This document shows positions 1 through 10,424 of a stretch of 64,000 nucleotides of DNA, piece after piece; within the stretch, counting starts at the first letter, position 1, and the number at the start of each line of letters is the position of its first letter. The notes under the pieces were generated by a model. It was not told the DNA's origin. It ran no database searches and was given only the letters and a program-made list of their open reading frames with translations. Source of the stretch: Squalus acanthias (Eukaryota); NCBI GenBank assembly GCA_030390025.1, contig CM059429.1:56482001-56546000 (forward strand), read 5' to 3'. A program made the position numbers and the translations under genes.

Positions 1-307
1 GCAGAGAAGGTTAAGGGGAGATTTAATAGAAGTGTTCAAAATCATGAAGGGTTTTAATAGAGTAAATAAGTAGAAACTCTTTCCAGTGGCAGAAGGGTTG
101 GTAGCCAAATTTAAGGTAATTGACAAAAGAACCAGAGGCGAGAAGAGGAGACTTTTTTTTACGCAGCGAGATGTTATGATCTGGAATGCACTGCCGGAAA
201 GGATGGTGGAAGCAGATTCAATAATAACTTTCCAAAGGGAATTGGATAAATATTTGAAGAGGAAAAATTTGCAGGGCTATGGGGAAAGGGCAGGGGAGTG
301 GAACTAA
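1..307 (+). mobile_element. CR1-type LINE 3' fragment (end of ORF2 and 3'UTR)
   Basis: ORF 86..307 'FFTQRDVMIWNALPERMVEADSIITFQRELDKYL' is the typical CR1 ORF2 C-terminus. Confidence 0.85.
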
Positions 308-427
308 ATGGCCCATTCTAAGATGGATATCTTAGCCTCCTCAAATTCCTTTCACGCTATGTCTTTTCCTAATTAACTTTTAATTATCTTCACAAGCAGT
401 TCTGCTAAACAAACTCCAAATTCTATC

Positions 428-725
428 TGTGGAGATTATAATATGGTTATTAGTAATAATGGAAGCAACAGAGGTTGGGCCTTCACTGGCCAAATTAAAG
501 ATACATTAACAAAGTCAAAACCCTAACTTACAAACAACAGATAACTAGCCTGGCAGGACCATCCTATGGGCCCCCGTGTGGAGTGTTTATGTTTCACCTA
601 ATCTAACTGATTAAAAAGACTGTCTCAAATTCTAATGCAAGCTTTCCAGGAAAACGAAACTTAGCATTTAAAAACAGTATTATTCATGTAGCCATATACA
701 TTTTTAGGCACCCTAGTTTCTAACA
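428..725 (-). repeat. 3' LTR segment (U3-like half)
   Basis: On the - strand it starts TGTTAGAAAC directly after the purine tract AAGGTGGGGAC and ends with a TATAA box (436-440). No alignable similarity to the 5' LTR segment. Confidence 0.65.
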
Positions 726-737
726 GTCCCCACCTTG
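726..737 (-). other. Polypurine tract (PPT)
   Basis: The - strand reads CAAGGTGGGGAC immediately before TG. Confidence 0.7.
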
Positions 738-991
738 AGAGGGAGAAAACTCTGTTTCGACCTCTCATTTTCGACCCTCTACTAACCATGCCAACTCTAA
801 ATTATTGGTTTGACAGTTCAATTCACTGTTCCGGTGTTCCAATTCTGTCCCGCCTGGAGTATCCTCTGTTTCTTCTCTCTTTCCTGATCTTACTCCGCCT
901 GGGGTCTCCTCTACGTTGCCTCTGATTTTCATCCATCATTAATTCATTAGTACAGTTAGTCATGATTATAGATACACATTTGGCTTATGCA

Positions 992-1322
992 TCAAAGTCT
1001 TATTACACGGGTTACATATATCAAATACACTGTCATTACAAGTTGGAGAACTACCAGAGCGTGTGAAATAATATGAACCTAAGGTTGTGCTGATATATAA
1101 ACCCCAATATCCCACCAGTGTGAATCATCCCCTATGCTGTCAATTTCAATATCTATTCTCGAGTTGTCTTGCTCCAAAACATAAAATTGCTTTAGGGGGG
1201 AGTTCAGTTGCATCACAAGCTCACTGAAGTCCTCAGACAACAGGAGAATGTCGTACCTGAATTGTACCACATAACTGTGCAGCTCATACTGGATCGTACT
1301 GGCTTTTCCCACGCTCTGTTAC
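992..1322 (-). pseudogene. env: env C-terminal remnant (heptad-like region, WWD motif, TM helix)
   Basis: ORF 1079..1312 '...LEQDNSRIDIEIDSIGDDSHWWDIGVYISAQP*' continues past the TAG as hydrophobic VHIISHALVVLQLVMTVYLIYVTRVIRL*. Preceded by splice acceptor TGTGTTTTGTAG at 1323. Confidence 0.6.
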
Positions 1323-1475
1323 CTACAAAACACAATTATTACAGTCACAGTTATAATTCAGTCTTACAATCATTAGCATGTCGACTAAGTACATACATTT
1401 CAAGCAACAGTGATGCAAAACAAAGAATACAGAAATTGTGAAGAAAGGTACAGTTTAACATCTAACCAGAAATAT

Positions 1476-4400
1476 TCATTCTTTCACAGTGTTCAACTGA
1501 TTGATATGGTACCATTTAGCCACCTTGGCCCTCCCCTTTTTCCCAGGGAATTGCACCAGATAGACTGAAGGACTGGCCCTGTCAATAATCGGGAAGGGGC
1601 TATTCCACTTTGGTTCGAAGCAATGTTGCTTCTTCCCATAGTTTAGTACCATTACAACATCTCCCACTTGATACTCAGATGGTCGGACCTTCTTGTCGAA
1701 GTATTTCTTTGCCTGGTTTTTTGATTTGCCTGTTTGTGTAGCTACAAACATGTTACAGTAGTTTGTTCTATGTTTTCTACCACCATTTCAAGCCATTTTT
1801 GGTTGGCAATTCCCTGAACTAAGGGTGTGGCTGAAGGGGTTAACAGATGGGCTGGCATTCGCATTAGCCGCCCGGTCATAGCCTGGTAGGGTGAGATACC
1901 CGTTGTGCTATGCGGGGTGGATCTAATAGCCATTAGACACATTGGCAACATACTGGACCATTTGGTGGGGTGATCTGCACAAAAATTGTTTAACATAGTT
2001 TTCAGAGTTCAGTTTCCTCTTTCCACCACTCCAGATGATTGTGGGTGATGGGAGATGTGAAGTTTATGCGAGATACCCATTATCCGTTGCAATCCAGTAA
2101 AAATTTGGGCGGTAATGTGTGATCCCTGATCACTATCAACTTGAATTGGCACTCCCCACCTGCAGATCACTTCACCCAATAAAAGGCGAGCTGCTGTCAA
2201 TGCGGTGTTTGTTTTACATGGAAAAGCCTCCATCCATTTAGTAAATTTATCAACTATAACCGGACAATACCGCAAGCCAGAAGGTCCTGTCGGTAAGGGC
2301 CCTATAAAATCAATTTGAAGGTGGGTCCACGGCCCATCGGGAGGAGGGGGACTGCGCAACAGTGCCCGATTAGTGTGGGCACTTGGATTGTGCTGTAAAC
2401 AGGGCAGACAACGATTCACCCGATGAGTGACATCTGTGATGCAATCGGGATACCATGCAAATTTGCGTAGTTTCTGAACAGCTGCATCAGCTGAATAGTG
2501 CCCTCCTACCAGATGTGAGTGCAGGAGATCAAAAATTTCAGGTGCCATGGATGGGGGATCACAGACAACTGGGAGATCAGATGATAGCCACCGCATACGG
2601 GGGTTGAACATTTACAGGGGAGCAGCTTCCCCAGACTGATCCGGAGCCAATTGTGTGTCCGCAGCCCATGGAGTGGGCTGAGGTAACGGACATCCATTCT
2701 GATGCCATGTAATAACAACTGCATAGGGGGAATAACTGGACTGGAGGGAAGAGATTTCGATGTCCCCACCTTGGATACTCGAGACTGATCTTAAGGGAGG
2801 AGTGGGGGCTTGTCAGAGGTCACTGTTAATGGTGGCGTCCTTGGCAGCACAATCTGCCTGTGAGTTACCCTGGGTGTGTATATCTGAAGAACGTGAATGG
2901 GACTTTACCTTACCAGCATAGACAGGGGCTGATCGTGAATTTAAGGAGTCCCAAAGGGAAGCAAAGAGGTCTGCATGGAGCAGGGTCTTGCCATCGACAG
3001 TACAAAAATTATTCCTAGCATACAGCGGTAAAGATAACAAAGTGTTAATCGCATAGGCACTATCTGACCAGACATTAACAGGTATGTCATGAGTAACTTG
3101 GATTGCTGTCACCAGGGCTGCAACTTCAGCATATTGGGCAGAGTGGGGAATGCATTTATACTTAAGTTCTCGGTCAGGCATGATTACTGCAAATCCAGTA
3201 AGGGGCTTTCCGTCCCTGTGATAGGATGATCCATCAATGTAGACGTTCTGGTCGAACTCCAGTGGTGGAAGGGGGCACTCATGGCTTCCCCCCTCATACA
3301 GTAGGAGCTGAGGTAGTAGAGTTGTCTGCCTTGGCGTTATTTCCAAATCTCTCTGAGTTAACAGAAGTGTCCAGTGACTGAGTCGGGCAGAGGAGACCAA
3401 AGTGTCCCCTGGATTAAGTAGAAGATTCAAAGTGGTGTGGGGACTATGTATGATCTTTTTTTTCAGCCCAGTAATAAACGTGAAGTGTTTGACTGCCCAA
3501 AAAGTGGCTAGCAGATGTTGCTCACACACAGTGAAAATCTTTTCCACGCCATTCAAAATACGGGAGGCGAATGCGATTGGCATAAGTTTACCCTGTACCT
3601 CTTGGCACAGAACAGCAGCAAGACTCTGATCGGTGGATCCCACCTCCAGGTGGAAAGGCTTATCTCGGTCAGGGCTTGTCAGGCATGTGGCTGCATAACA
3701 GCAGTTTTAAGGAGGGACACAGCCGTTGTATGTTCGGTGGTCCAGTCACGGACCACAGCGTCCTCTTCACCCTTTAACAGTTCATATAATGGTTTGGCTA
3801 GCTCCGCAAATCTGGGAATAAATGAGTGCTGGTATCCCACTAGGCCCAGGAAGGAACGAAGTGCGGTTTTGGATGCGGGCAATGGTAAACGCTGAATCAC
3901 CTCAATCTTATGCTGGCCAGGGCTGAGTCCCTTTTGTCCCACAGAAACCCCTAAAAATGTCACTTCTGGCTGTAACAGTTGTACCTTTCTGGGGTTAATT
4001 TTCAGCCCAGCTTTTAGAAGAAGGCCTAATAGCTCTTCCATTAATTTAATGAGAGTCTTTTTGTCAGGCGTTGCAAGCAAAAGGTCATCAACATACTGCA
4101 GCAGGCAGTCGGGTCTCGAAAAAGGTTTCAGTGCCTGAGCTGTCCGTTTGTGGAATATAGTTGGGGCGTTGTGAAAGCCTTGAGGTAAACATGTCCAAGT
4201 ATAACTTTGATCTTCAAAAGTGAAGGCAAACTTGTACTGATCATCTGACTTAACAGGGATACTCCAGAAGCCGTTTGAAATGTCAAAGGTGGAGAAGTAG
4301 CAGCTACCTGGTGGAATCTGGGACAGGAGAGTGGGGTCTCCTGAAAAACAGGGGCGCAAGCTGGGGTTACCAAATTAAGCTTGTGATGATCAATTGTTAA

Positions 4401-5129
4401 ACGCCAGCTATCGTCTGGTTTCTTAACTGGCCAGGTTGGAGAATTAGTGGTAAAAGTGCCAGTGCAGATAACACCCTGCTTTAACAATGAATCGATAGTA
4501 GACCGAACATAAGGTTTACTCTCAGCCGGAATGGAATACTGCTTAACAGGAGGGTGGGAGGGTCCATTAATCTCCTCATCTCCCGACATCCTACCACAAT
4601 CATGTTTGGACTTAGCAAAAACCTCTGAAAATTTATGAATTAATGTATTAACCATGGGGTCTTCAGTCCCGGAAAGTGTGAAATCCTCAGGTTTTTTAAT
4701 TGCATACACCGAATGGGCATCTGAAATAGGTGTCGGTGGTCCATCATTGAAGTGCCACCAAAGACAATCATTAGCGTAGTCGGGAACAGCACAGTGTTTA
4801 TGCAGCGTGTCACTTCCGAGGATACCTTTCTGGTCATGGGTGGCCATATATACAGGAGAGGGGACATCGACGGAATTCCCATCAATGGACAAGACTGTGG
4901 AGCTCAATCCCTGATTAACTAACTGAGTAGAAGCATTAAAGCCAGCGAGCTTTAGGGCAGTGCCAGAATGGGAAAAGGGAGTGGGGTCATGTAAAATAGT
5001 CACGGCAGAACCAGAATCCACAAGCATAACATGGTGGCGGCCTCCATGATCAGTGGCCCAGACAAGGGGTCGTCTGTCCTCCCCGTACCATACAGGAAAA
5101 GACGTGGTCACCGTGGAGGCCTCTGACCG
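1476..5129 (-). pseudogene. pol: pol (protease, RT, tether/RNase H, second RNase H, integrase), frameshifted
   Basis: PR LVDSGS; RT LPQGF..LLQYVDDLL; RH-like 'PIAFASRIL..EQHLLATFWAVKHF'; second RNase H 'VYIDGSS..SAQYAEVAA..VWSDSAY..KVKSH..GNSQAD'; IN HHCC, LQIDFIGP, SDQG, SSGVVER and a C-terminal GPY/F-like region. Confidence 0.92.
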
Positions 5130-6851
5130 TCACTGGGCCGTGAGTCTGGGAGCACATCTCCACTACGAGAAACAGCCGAAACGTTTAGCCCCCCCCGGTC
5201 TGACTGTGCTTCATGGCCTCAACTACCGCTGAAAGGCGTTCTAGCTGCTGCTGCACAGAGTTTAAATCAGACCCGTTACCTTCACGGATTGGGGGTTGGT
5301 AGCGTGGGCCATTATTTGGACGTCGACTGTCGCGGCAGTCGCGAGCATAGTGTCCGGGCTTATCACAGTCATAACAGATTATGTGCCATTTGTCTCCCGA
5401 CTGGGGAGGAGTTTGTGGTGTCAGAGGACCCTCCACCGCCGACACTTTGGACTCAGTAGGGGTGAGGGACGATTTAACTCGGTCCCAAGCTCGAATGCAA
5501 GCGTCCTTCAGATCAGCCCACGGGGTTCCCTGATGAACAGTAATACCAAGAGCGTCCCTTACGGGGGGTAAGAGAGCGTCAATGAATGTCAGCTTAAATC
5601 CCTCCATGTCCCAAAACTCTTGACCATTACGGTTTTTCTGGAATTGGTTGTACAAATCATACAATCGATTTGCAAAGGCAACGGGATGCTCATTAGCCTT
5701 TTGCCGGGCGTCCCAGCCGCACGGGTGAAATTAACTGAGTTCATGCCCAAACGGGAACAAACTGAATCCATAACATCCCACCACCCCTTACTTTTATCAT
5801 AGATTTCCTGTGAAAATGATAACTTGAGTTCCCATGAAATGCATGACAACAGAACTTGTTTTATGTCTGTCAACTCTAACTCAGGGTGACAGTGACGGAA
5901 AGTACCCCAATCACTTGTTAGGGCGACTGGGTTCGTCCCCCAGTTTATTGGCCCCAATTCTTCAGCTAGTGCTTTGCACTCAGCCAGGGTGAAACTTCTA
6001 CTGGTGGTAGTAGTTACTTCCACATTTGGGGGCAGGTTGTAGGCTACAGAAGAGGTATCATTATCGAATTCATCATCCGAGGGTGTAGGGTCACCAAATT
6101 GGGTAACCGTAGTGACTATATTAACCTGCTTGGTTTCTACCGGGGCAGTTTGTCCTGGATAGGGAGGCGGAGGCGCAGAGGGTGAGGGACTATTTTGGCA
6201 GATGGAATTATTATTGCACTGGGCTTTTCTTGTTAGATCGTCCCAGTTAATACCGGGATCCCCGGGTTTAAGGCGACTAACAGCCGCAACAGCAGCTGTT
6301 TGTCTCCCCAGCTTTCCCTTCAATTCCATAATTTTTAATTCGCAGTGAGTATGGTCAGTGCTCACCAGAGGGGGTTTTTCAAGTAATTCTCTCAAGGCTC
6401 CCCTGGCGTCCTCAAGTTGTGAGATCAGGGATTCATTTTTTATTTTTAAAGCCTTGTTATCCTCAAACACCTGATGGTGGCGTCTTGAGGCAAGTCGTGC
6501 CTCATCTGCCAAGGCTTGTCCTTGATGGAGAAGGGCACAGACTGTGGCGTGTCGGCCTTGCCAGTCCTGTAAGTCTCTTTCAAGTTGTGCATTTCTCTCT
6601 TTCAGGAGTACAACTTCACCTCCCAAGCGAACAGCTCACAAGTGGGCCGCGTAAGCCAGCCTATTTTTGGCTTCCTTAACTTTGCATTTCTTTGCACCCA
6701 CCTGGGACGCTATCTCGCCCCAAATCTCAGAGTAACTTTTCTCACTCTTCTCATCACCCTGCACTATTCCGATTACAGCTTGGGCCCCCGGAGTCCCTAA
6801 CTTATCCGAAAAACTGTTTGCAACCTTTTCTCTAAAATACGCATCTGCCAT
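5130..6851 (-). pseudogene. gag: gag (N-terminal coiled coil, capsid-like region, CCHC zinc knuckle), disrupted
   Basis: ORFs 6636..6851, 5589..6626 and 5185..5664. CYDCDKPGHYARDC knuckle, PPPPY late-domain-like motif, heptad-rich N-terminus. Confidence 0.85.
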
Positions 6852-6943
6852 TTCGTTTTTACTTTACAACCCGATAAGAACGCCTCGTACCATTATAGAC
6901 CGAACCCGTCCTCAACTCGTTTCGACCACAACAACCCTGTTGC

Positions 6944-6962
6944 ACTCCTGGCTGGCTCGCCA
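6944..6962 (-). promoter_or_regulatory. Primer-binding site complementary to the tRNA-Arg(ACG) 3' end
   Basis: The + strand ACTCCTGGCTGGCTCGCCA matches the vertebrate tRNA-Arg(ACG) 3' end including CCA (recalled). It lies 3 nt from the LTR-terminal CA at 6966. Confidence 0.85.
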
Positions 6963-6965
6963 ATT

Positions 6966-7203
6966 TGTAGAGATTCACGTATCTCTGGTAAACAGGATCG
7001 AGTGCAAACCAATATGGTGGGTATATTGTGTTTAATCAGAGTTTAGGACAGAATATAACACACTAGTTATACAGCAAAAACATACGACCGTGACAAGCAG
7101 CTGGTATCGGACCCGATCAGACAGACGGCTGGCATGCATGAACAGTTCTCTGGGCCAGATGTGGCATCACTATGACTTACCTGGTCTTATCTCCTTAAGC
7201 TCA
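6966..7203 (-). repeat. 5' LTR segment (R-U5-like half)
   Basis: On the - strand: strong splice donor CAG|GTAAGT (7181/7180), ATTAAA poly(A) signal (7031-7036), and ends ...AATCTCTACA before the PBS. Confidence 0.7.
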
Positions 7204-7995
7204 CTATCTAAATTCACTCAGGTAAGTGTAGCTGTGCTGGTTCTTGCAACAGGTGGGGAGAATGGCTGAAGGTGTTGTTAAGTGCTGGCTTGTACTGGGC
7301 CACAGATACTAGCTGGTTGTTACCCTTCCTGGCCAATAAAAACAGAAGAGGAACATGTGCTACAATGCTGGCTGCAAGAGACTCCTTCAGACAGTGCTCG
7401 CATGCTATATACTGTGTGGGATGGTGAGTGACTGAGGAAAGAAGATATAACAAAAGGAAGGTGGTATTAGCCCTCAGCTAGGACGAAGCCTGTGGCTTCA
7501 CCCTCCCCTGCTCACTTTCTGTTCTCAATGCCAAATGATGCCCAGTGTGACCTCTTCAAGGGCTTGATGTTGCAGGGCCCTCCTCCCTTGTTGGACTGCT
7601 CCTTCCTGTTATCAATCATCTTGTCCTGAAGCAGAGAAGTAGTCTTGAGATGTCGCAAGTTTCACGAGGGCATACAGCAACACCCAAGTGACCATACCGC
7701 AGCCCATCCTACGTGTAAATAAATGAAAATGCATCATACAGCTAGCTTGTTTTAAAAAGATTTCCTTTGTGATACTCCTTTAAGGTGTCAGCGTGACAAG
7801 AGCTTCAGTTGTAAGTTACAGCTTAAATTTGGGTCCAGCTGCTGCATAGTTATGCATTGTAAACATTCAAGTAGCTGTAACACTGTCTGCGTATTTTACA
7901 CGGGGCAGCAATAAAAGAATAACATGTTAGGAGGGAACACTTTGTGACATGCATACTTTGGATAGCTATTTGGTATAGGAGGCAGCTTAACCTTA

Positions 7996-8056
7996 AGCGC
8001 CTTGAGACGTTTTACTATGTTAAAGGCGCTATATAAATACAAGTTGTTGTTGTTGT
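7996..8056 (+). repeat. L2/Deu-SINE-type 3' tail
   Basis: AAGCGCCTTGAGACGTTTTACTATGTTAAAGGCGCTATATAAATACAAG(TTG)n, the same type of tail as the L2 end at ~59860-59923. Confidence 0.7.
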
Positions 8057-9229
8057 AACCTTGACAGCTTTCCTCAGGTCTGCCATTTTAATTCGAATTT
8101 GCAGCCGGGTCCTCTTGGTGTTGCAGACAGCACACACCCTATCCGCATTCTGCTACCTGACATTTTATATGACATTTTTATAGAGTGGATGCTTTGGAAT
8201 GTCAAACAAGGAAGCCTTCCTTTACCTCATTTCATGATGAGCCACCTCAAAACTTCTTCAGTAAATCTGGCACCTTGCATTTCACTCCAGCCTTTACCTT
8301 CAGTCAATTAAGCTTCCTGTTCAGCCCCGAATGCAGCCTTTTAAATATCAGCTCAGATAAACAGCCTGCTGTGTGGACAGAAGCTCACAATGAATAAGGA
8401 AAATATGCAGTGCTGAATTTTAGATGGAAACAGCACTGCAAGAAAAGTCAATGGGATCTTCTGCATTGCACCATTCCCACTGAATCAGATCCCTTTAGTC
8501 TATTTTAATGTTGCCAACCCTAGCTTTGTTCATCTTACAACTTCTCCCTGAAACCTCAACTTTAGCTCTTGTGAAGGGACCTGTTAAATACAATTTGAAA
8601 GCCATGCTATAAAATATTTGTTGCATTAATTCCTTGTAAAAAAAGCTACTGCATCTCATTATAAGAGAAGAGACCAACAGGGCCAGTCACAAGCCATTTA
8701 AAACCTCTCCATCACAGAACTCACTCAAGCAATGATGTTATAGAAAGTTGTATGTAAACATCTCCATGTCTCCAAAGCTAATCAAAGTAAATTAAAAAAA
8801 ACATCTATCTATCCTTACATCTCCATTATGGAACACTGCCCAGCTGCCCTCCACATACAACATTCATACCGCTGTGGCGGATCGCCACCTAAACGGGCAT
8901 TACCCACTTTTCCATCCGTGGACAATATCTCGATGCACCTTCCCTTTAAGGCACCTTACCTTTAAGGCAGGAGTGGGTGGGGCCTCAGGATTTTCCCAGA
9001 GAATTCTGGGAGCAGTCGGTTCAGCCATTTTTTTGTACCATGCTGTTGCATTAAAGTCTCTCATTTTCCACACATGGATTCAGCCTTAATTCGTGTTTCG
9101 CGGCAGCCTCAACACCGCCAACAAAAACCAACATATCTTAAGGAATATTTGATTTTCTTAGCCTAAATCCTATCCTCATAAACTCCATTCTAATTTCCAA
9201 CCAGATATTTCTTCAGCTCTTTTAAATTA

Positions 9230-10330
9230 GTTAACTGATAGAATCAACTGCTTTTGCTGGAAATATTTTTGACACATGTCTATACTTTGTGATGGGGAAA
9301 AAATTCTCCCAATTTCTGGTCATGTTTGAGGCTTGTTAATTGAAACCAATGTCTTCTAGTTCTGTACTCACTCTCTAAGTCTGCTTATATCTATATCATC
9401 TGCACCTCGCAGCATTTTGAACACTTAGATATGTCTCCCTTCATTTTCTTTCCTCTAATGGAAACCCGCACAATGTTGCAAGTTTTGCCTCAAAACTTGG
9501 AACCCTAAGTCCTGGAACCATTCTTTTCACTCCTCTCTAAACGGACTCCAGTGCAGAAATGTCCTTTTGATGGCGGGATGTCCAAGATTGCACTAACCAT
9601 TGTAAATATGACCTCACTGGTGATCTATGCAAAGTTAGAGTTATACAGCACAGAAAGAGGCCCTTCGGCCCATCGTGTCCGCGCGGCCATCAAGCCCTGT
9701 CTATTCTAATCCCATTTTCCAGCACTTGGTCCATAGCCGTAAAATAACTTATTTCAATTTATAGTGAACTATCCTCAAGGTCTAGTTTTTGATTAATTTT
9801 GTTAACAGGTTCTCATTGCCTGGAAGTTTTTAGTGAATGATCAATAATCCCATCCAAATCTGTTTCCTCCTTCACCTTTGCAAATAGGACCCATCACATA
9901 CAGGTGTTTGCTGTTTCCTATACCAATATGCATTATTATACAATTATATCTACACTGAAACCCATCAGCCATTTCTTAGTTCATCTATTTAATTGGTTCA
10001 GACATTTTTGAATGTTGTCCTTTTCCTTACATTTATAACCTGGCCATATAGCTTTTTATATCTGCAAATTTTATATCATATAGAGTCTTTTCAAGTCACT
10101 TACAAATAGTGTTAACAACAGGTTAACCAGAACAAACCACTGCAAAACCCCACTAGTCACCAGTCCTTAAACAGAGCCCTTTCCATTTATCATCACGTTC
10201 TGCTTCCTATTGTCAAGCTAGTCTTCAATCCTAATGTGTCATTAAATCTATGATCAATAACTTTCTTTTTTTAGATGCCTCACATGTGGGACTTTATCAA
10301 ATGTCTTCTGAAACACCATTAATATGAATT
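9230..10330 (-). mobile_element. Old, degraded CR1 LINE ORF2 fragment containing a short CR1/HE1-type 3' tail (~9640-9740)
   Basis: The reverse strand carries a remnant of the FQKAFDKVPH motif (~10285-10312) and a decayed C-terminal RT region. Confidence 0.55.
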
Positions 10331-10424
10331 CTGTGGGCAGGTGACTTATCAGTTCACTCAGTTGCAGAACAGAAAATAGTGTGGAGAACCTTATAGGAGA
10401 AAGGAAAATAATTGTCATATTTTT

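Larger units (their letters stand above)
428..7203 (-). mobile_element. Decayed endogenous retrovirus, lokiretrovirus-like, with split/non-matching LTRs
   Basis: PBS, gag, pol (PR, RT YVDD, two RNase H-like regions, IN), env-like C-terminus and PPT occur in retroviral order. Bounded by TG...CA, with CTATC(T) at both junctions (423-428, 7204-7209). Confidence 0.85.

Noticed and set aside
755-930. Short direct repeats (TTTCGACC, CCGCCTGG..CCTCT) as a CRISPR-like array
   Set aside because: Only two imperfect units each, in a retroviral 3'UTR, in a eukaryotic context.
6944-6962. tRNA-Arg gene
   Set aside because: Only the 3' 19 nt including CCA are present, next to an LTR end. This is a PBS.
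7175-7184. U1 snRNA 5' end (ACTTACCTGG)
   Set aside because: No U1 body follows. It is simply a consensus splice donor on the - strand.
428-7203. LINE-mediated retrocopy of viral RNA as the cause of the mismatched LTRs
   Set aside because: An RNA copy should end with R and poly(A) after U3. Here U3 stops just after TATA and there is no poly(A).
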